In this document: piece after piece, positions 62,130-64,000 of the stretch | How positions within the stretch are numbered: the first letter of the stretch is position 1 | Layout: the number at the start of each line of letters is the position of its first letter | Assembly (NCBI GenBank): GCA_964460715.1 | Contig: CAYWRG010000018.1 | Span: 773 to 64,772 of the forward strand | Direction of reading: 5' to 3' | Source of the DNA: an uncultured Opitutus sp. | GTDB lineage: Bacteria > Verrucomicrobiota > Verrucomicrobiia > Opitutales > Opitutaceae | Length of the DNA stretch: 64,000 nucleotides | Made by a program: the position numbers and the translations under genes | Notes under the pieces: model-generated | What the model saw: only the letters and a program-made list of their open reading frames with translations | What the model was told of the DNA's origin: nothing | The model's database searches: none

Positions 62130-62168
62130 GCGCCGCGACCGGGGAGACTGAAAGCGAGCAGGGACGAC

Positions 62169-63266
62169 TCAGCGGACAACGCGGGCGCCGCCGCCCGAGA
62201 TCTGCTTCTCGACTTCCTTGCGGGTCGCCATCGACGTGTCGCCAGGCGTGGTCGAGGCAAGCGCGCCGTGGGCGGCACCATACTCGACCGCCTTCTGGGC
62301 GTCGTTGAACTCCATGAAGCCGAACTGCACGCCGGAGGCGAACGAGTCACCGCCGCCGACGCGGTCGAGGATCTCGAGGCCAGGATACTGGCGGCTCTCG
62401 AAGAACTTGCCATCGTGCCAGAGGATCGCCGACCAGTCGTTCTTCGTCGCGGTGATCACGCGGCGCAGGGTGGTGGCGGCGACCTTGAAGTTCGGGTACT
62501 CCTTCACGGCGGTCTCGATCATGGCCTTGAAGGCGTCGGTCTCGACGTGGGAGATGTTGGCGTCCATGCCCTTGACCTCGAAGCCGAGCGAGGCGGTGAA
62601 GTCCTCCTCGTTGCCGATCATGACGTCGACGTACTTGGCGATCTCGCGGTTGACCTCCTGGGCCTTCTTGAGGCCACCGATGGTCTTCCAGAGCGAGGGG
62701 CGATAGTTGAGGTCGTAGGAGACAATCGTGCCGTGCTTGTTCGCGGCCTTGACCGCCTCGACGGTCAGCTCCGCGGTGGAAGCGGAGAGGGCGGCGAAGA
62801 TGCCGCCAGTGTGGAACCAGCGGACGCCGAGCTTGCCGAAGATGTGGTCCCAGTCGATGTCGCCCGGCTTGAGCTGCGAGGCGGCCGTGTTGCCGCGGTC
62901 GGGATTGCCGACCGCGCCGCGCACGCCGAAGCCGCGCTCGGTGAAGTTGAGACCATTGCGGACCGTGCGGCCGATGCCGTCATCCTCGCGCCATTTGATG
63001 AAATCGGTGGCGACGCCGCCCTGCATGATGAAGTCCTCGACGAGGTGGCCGACCTCGTTGTCGACGAAGGCGGTGACGACGGCGGTCTTGTAGCCGAAGC
63101 ATTTGCGGAGGCCGCGCGACGTGTTGTATTCGCCGCCGCCCTCCCAGACCTTAAATTCGCGGGCGGTGCGAATGCGACCCTCGCCGGGGTCGAGGCGAAG
63201 CATGACTTCGCCGAGGGAAATCTGATCAAAGGCGCAGGAACCGGCTGGCTTGATGTTAAGGCTCAT
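62169..63266 (-). CDS. PfkB family carbohydrate kinase (2-dehydro-3-deoxygluconokinase-like)
   Basis: 365 aa. PfkB signatures (GGGEYNTS..., DRVGGGDSFASG). Confidence 0.75.
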   Translation of the reverse strand: MSLNIKPAGSCAFDQISLGEVMLRLDPGEGRIRTAREFKVWEGGGEYNTSRGLRKCFGYKTAVVTAFVDNEVGHLVEDFIMQGGVATDFIKWREDDGIGRTVRNGLNFTERGFGVRGAVGNPDRGNTAASQLKPGDIDWDHIFGKLGVRWFHTGGIFAALSASTAELTVEAVKAANKHGTIVSYDLNYRPSLWKTIGGLKKAQEVNREIAKYVDVMIGNEEDFTASLGFEVKGMDANISHVETDAFKAMIETAVKEYPNFKVAATTLRRVITATKNDWSAILWHDGKFFESRQYPGLEILDRVGGGDSFASGVQFGFMEFNDAQKAVEYGAAHGALASTTPGDTSMATRKEVEKQISGGGARVVR

Positions 63267-63278
63267 GGTGGGGGAAAA

Positions 63279-64000
63279 TTAAACGGTGACAGTCTTGAAG
63301 GAGGCGGGATTCCACTTTGGCTGGCCCGCTTCGGCGGCGAGCTCGTTGAAGGCGTCGATTTCGGCGGAGGTGAAGAGCAGACCACCGGCCTGCGCCGTCT
63401 TCTGCGCCCAGCCGGCTTCGAGTTGGCCGGGCAGCATGCACTTCTCGTTGCCGTGGCCGAGAACGTCGGCGATGACCGCCTTGACGTTCTGCTGCTGGTT
63501 GCGGCCCTTCGCAAAGGCACCGGCGCTGATCGCGTCGGGATGGATGACCTGGAAGAAGAAGCAGCATGTGCCCTTGTCGCCCTCGGCCTTGTCCCAGCGG
63601 TTGCGGATGGTTGGGATCGAGCCGCCGATGAAGCCAGCGACGATCTCGTTGATCAGCGAGAGGCCATAGCCCTTGTGGGCGCCGAACGGCAGGAGGAACT
63701 TTGCCTTCTTCGGGTCGGTCGTCATCACGCCGTTTTCGTCAACCGCGGCATCGGGCGGCAGGCTTTTGCCTTCGCGGGAAAGCTGCTGGACGCGACCCAT
63801 CGCCACGACGGACGTGGCCCAGTCGATCACGATCGGGTAGCCGATCGCATCCATCGTGGGAAACCCCCACGAGTGCGGGTTGGTGCCGAGGGTGGGGAAC
63901 TTGCCGCCAAACGGAACCACCTCGGCGAGAGCTGCGGTGCAGTTGGTGTAGGCAATGTAGCCCTTCTTTGCCGCATCCATCACATAGCCGCCGCCCCAAA
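63279..64000 (-). CDS. Ldh_2 family oxidoreductase (malate/L-lactate dehydrogenase family 2), C-terminal part; gene continues past the window end
   Basis: GTNPHSWGFP...IDWATSVVAMGRV...FGAHKGYGLSLINEIVAG. The reading frame stays open to position 64000. Confidence 0.75.
   Translation of the reverse strand, partial: WGGGYVMDAAKKGYIAYTNCTAALAEVVPFGGKFPTLGTNPHSWGFPTMDAIGYPIVIDWATSVVAMGRVQQLSREGKSLPPDAAVDENGVMTTDPKKAKFLLPFGAHKGYGLSLINEIVAGFIGGSIPTIRNRWDKAEGDKGTCCFFFQVIHPDAISAGAFAKGRNQQQNVKAVIADVLGHGNEKCMLPGQLEAGWAQKTAQAGGLLFTSAEIDAFNELAAEAGQPKWNPASFKTVTV

Overview
High-GC chromosomal segment; individual 60-nt lines counted by hand are about 63-70% G+C. Gene content looks like Verrucomicrobia/Opitutae (PVC-type ThuA/dehydrogenase/cytochrome c fusion, Oar-like TonB receptor, TorF-like porin), but this taxonomic guess is inference only. 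Most of the window is housekeeping or ordinary accessory metabolism:
- tex (partial), a TlpA-like redoxin, and an RND efflux pair
- tmRNA (ssrA), a Nudix hydrolase, and a MacB/Lol-type ABC pair with a coupled lipoprotein
- an ACT-domain protein and a sugar-oxidation cluster with an AraC/PAS regulator
- a CDF transporter and pckG
- two HDOD paralogs, then an ECF sigma/anti-sigma/RDD module
- purEK, mocA/xdhC, a TonB-dependent receptor, and a GH20-like/tal/cca/DUF423 string
- rplM-rpsI, an arginine cluster (argC, argJ, argBDFG), and uxaC
- an Mla-type lipid transport operon, rsmD/rsmE, a PfkB kinase, and an Ldh_2 oxidoreductase (partial)

No CRISPR array, integrase, transposase or prophage genes were seen.

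The strongest candidate for something undescribed is at about 49.1-55.5 kb. It is a two-component signalling locus (LuxR-type regulator, a propeller-type hybrid kinase with REC and Hpt, and a sensorless soluble kinase). Embedded in it is a very short (293 aa) YcaO-like ORF flanked by two small ORFs. Part of this locus is visibly more AT-rich than the rest of the window.

Other notable signals:
- a 96-nt tract made only of G and C (G12 ... C19) that abuts the start of an HDOD gene
- a set of 27-28 bp near-perfect hairpins with 25-28 nt loops just downstream of genes
- a WP[LF]-repeat protein translationally coupled to mlaE

Many long ORFs in the track are antisense artefacts of the high GC content and were not called.
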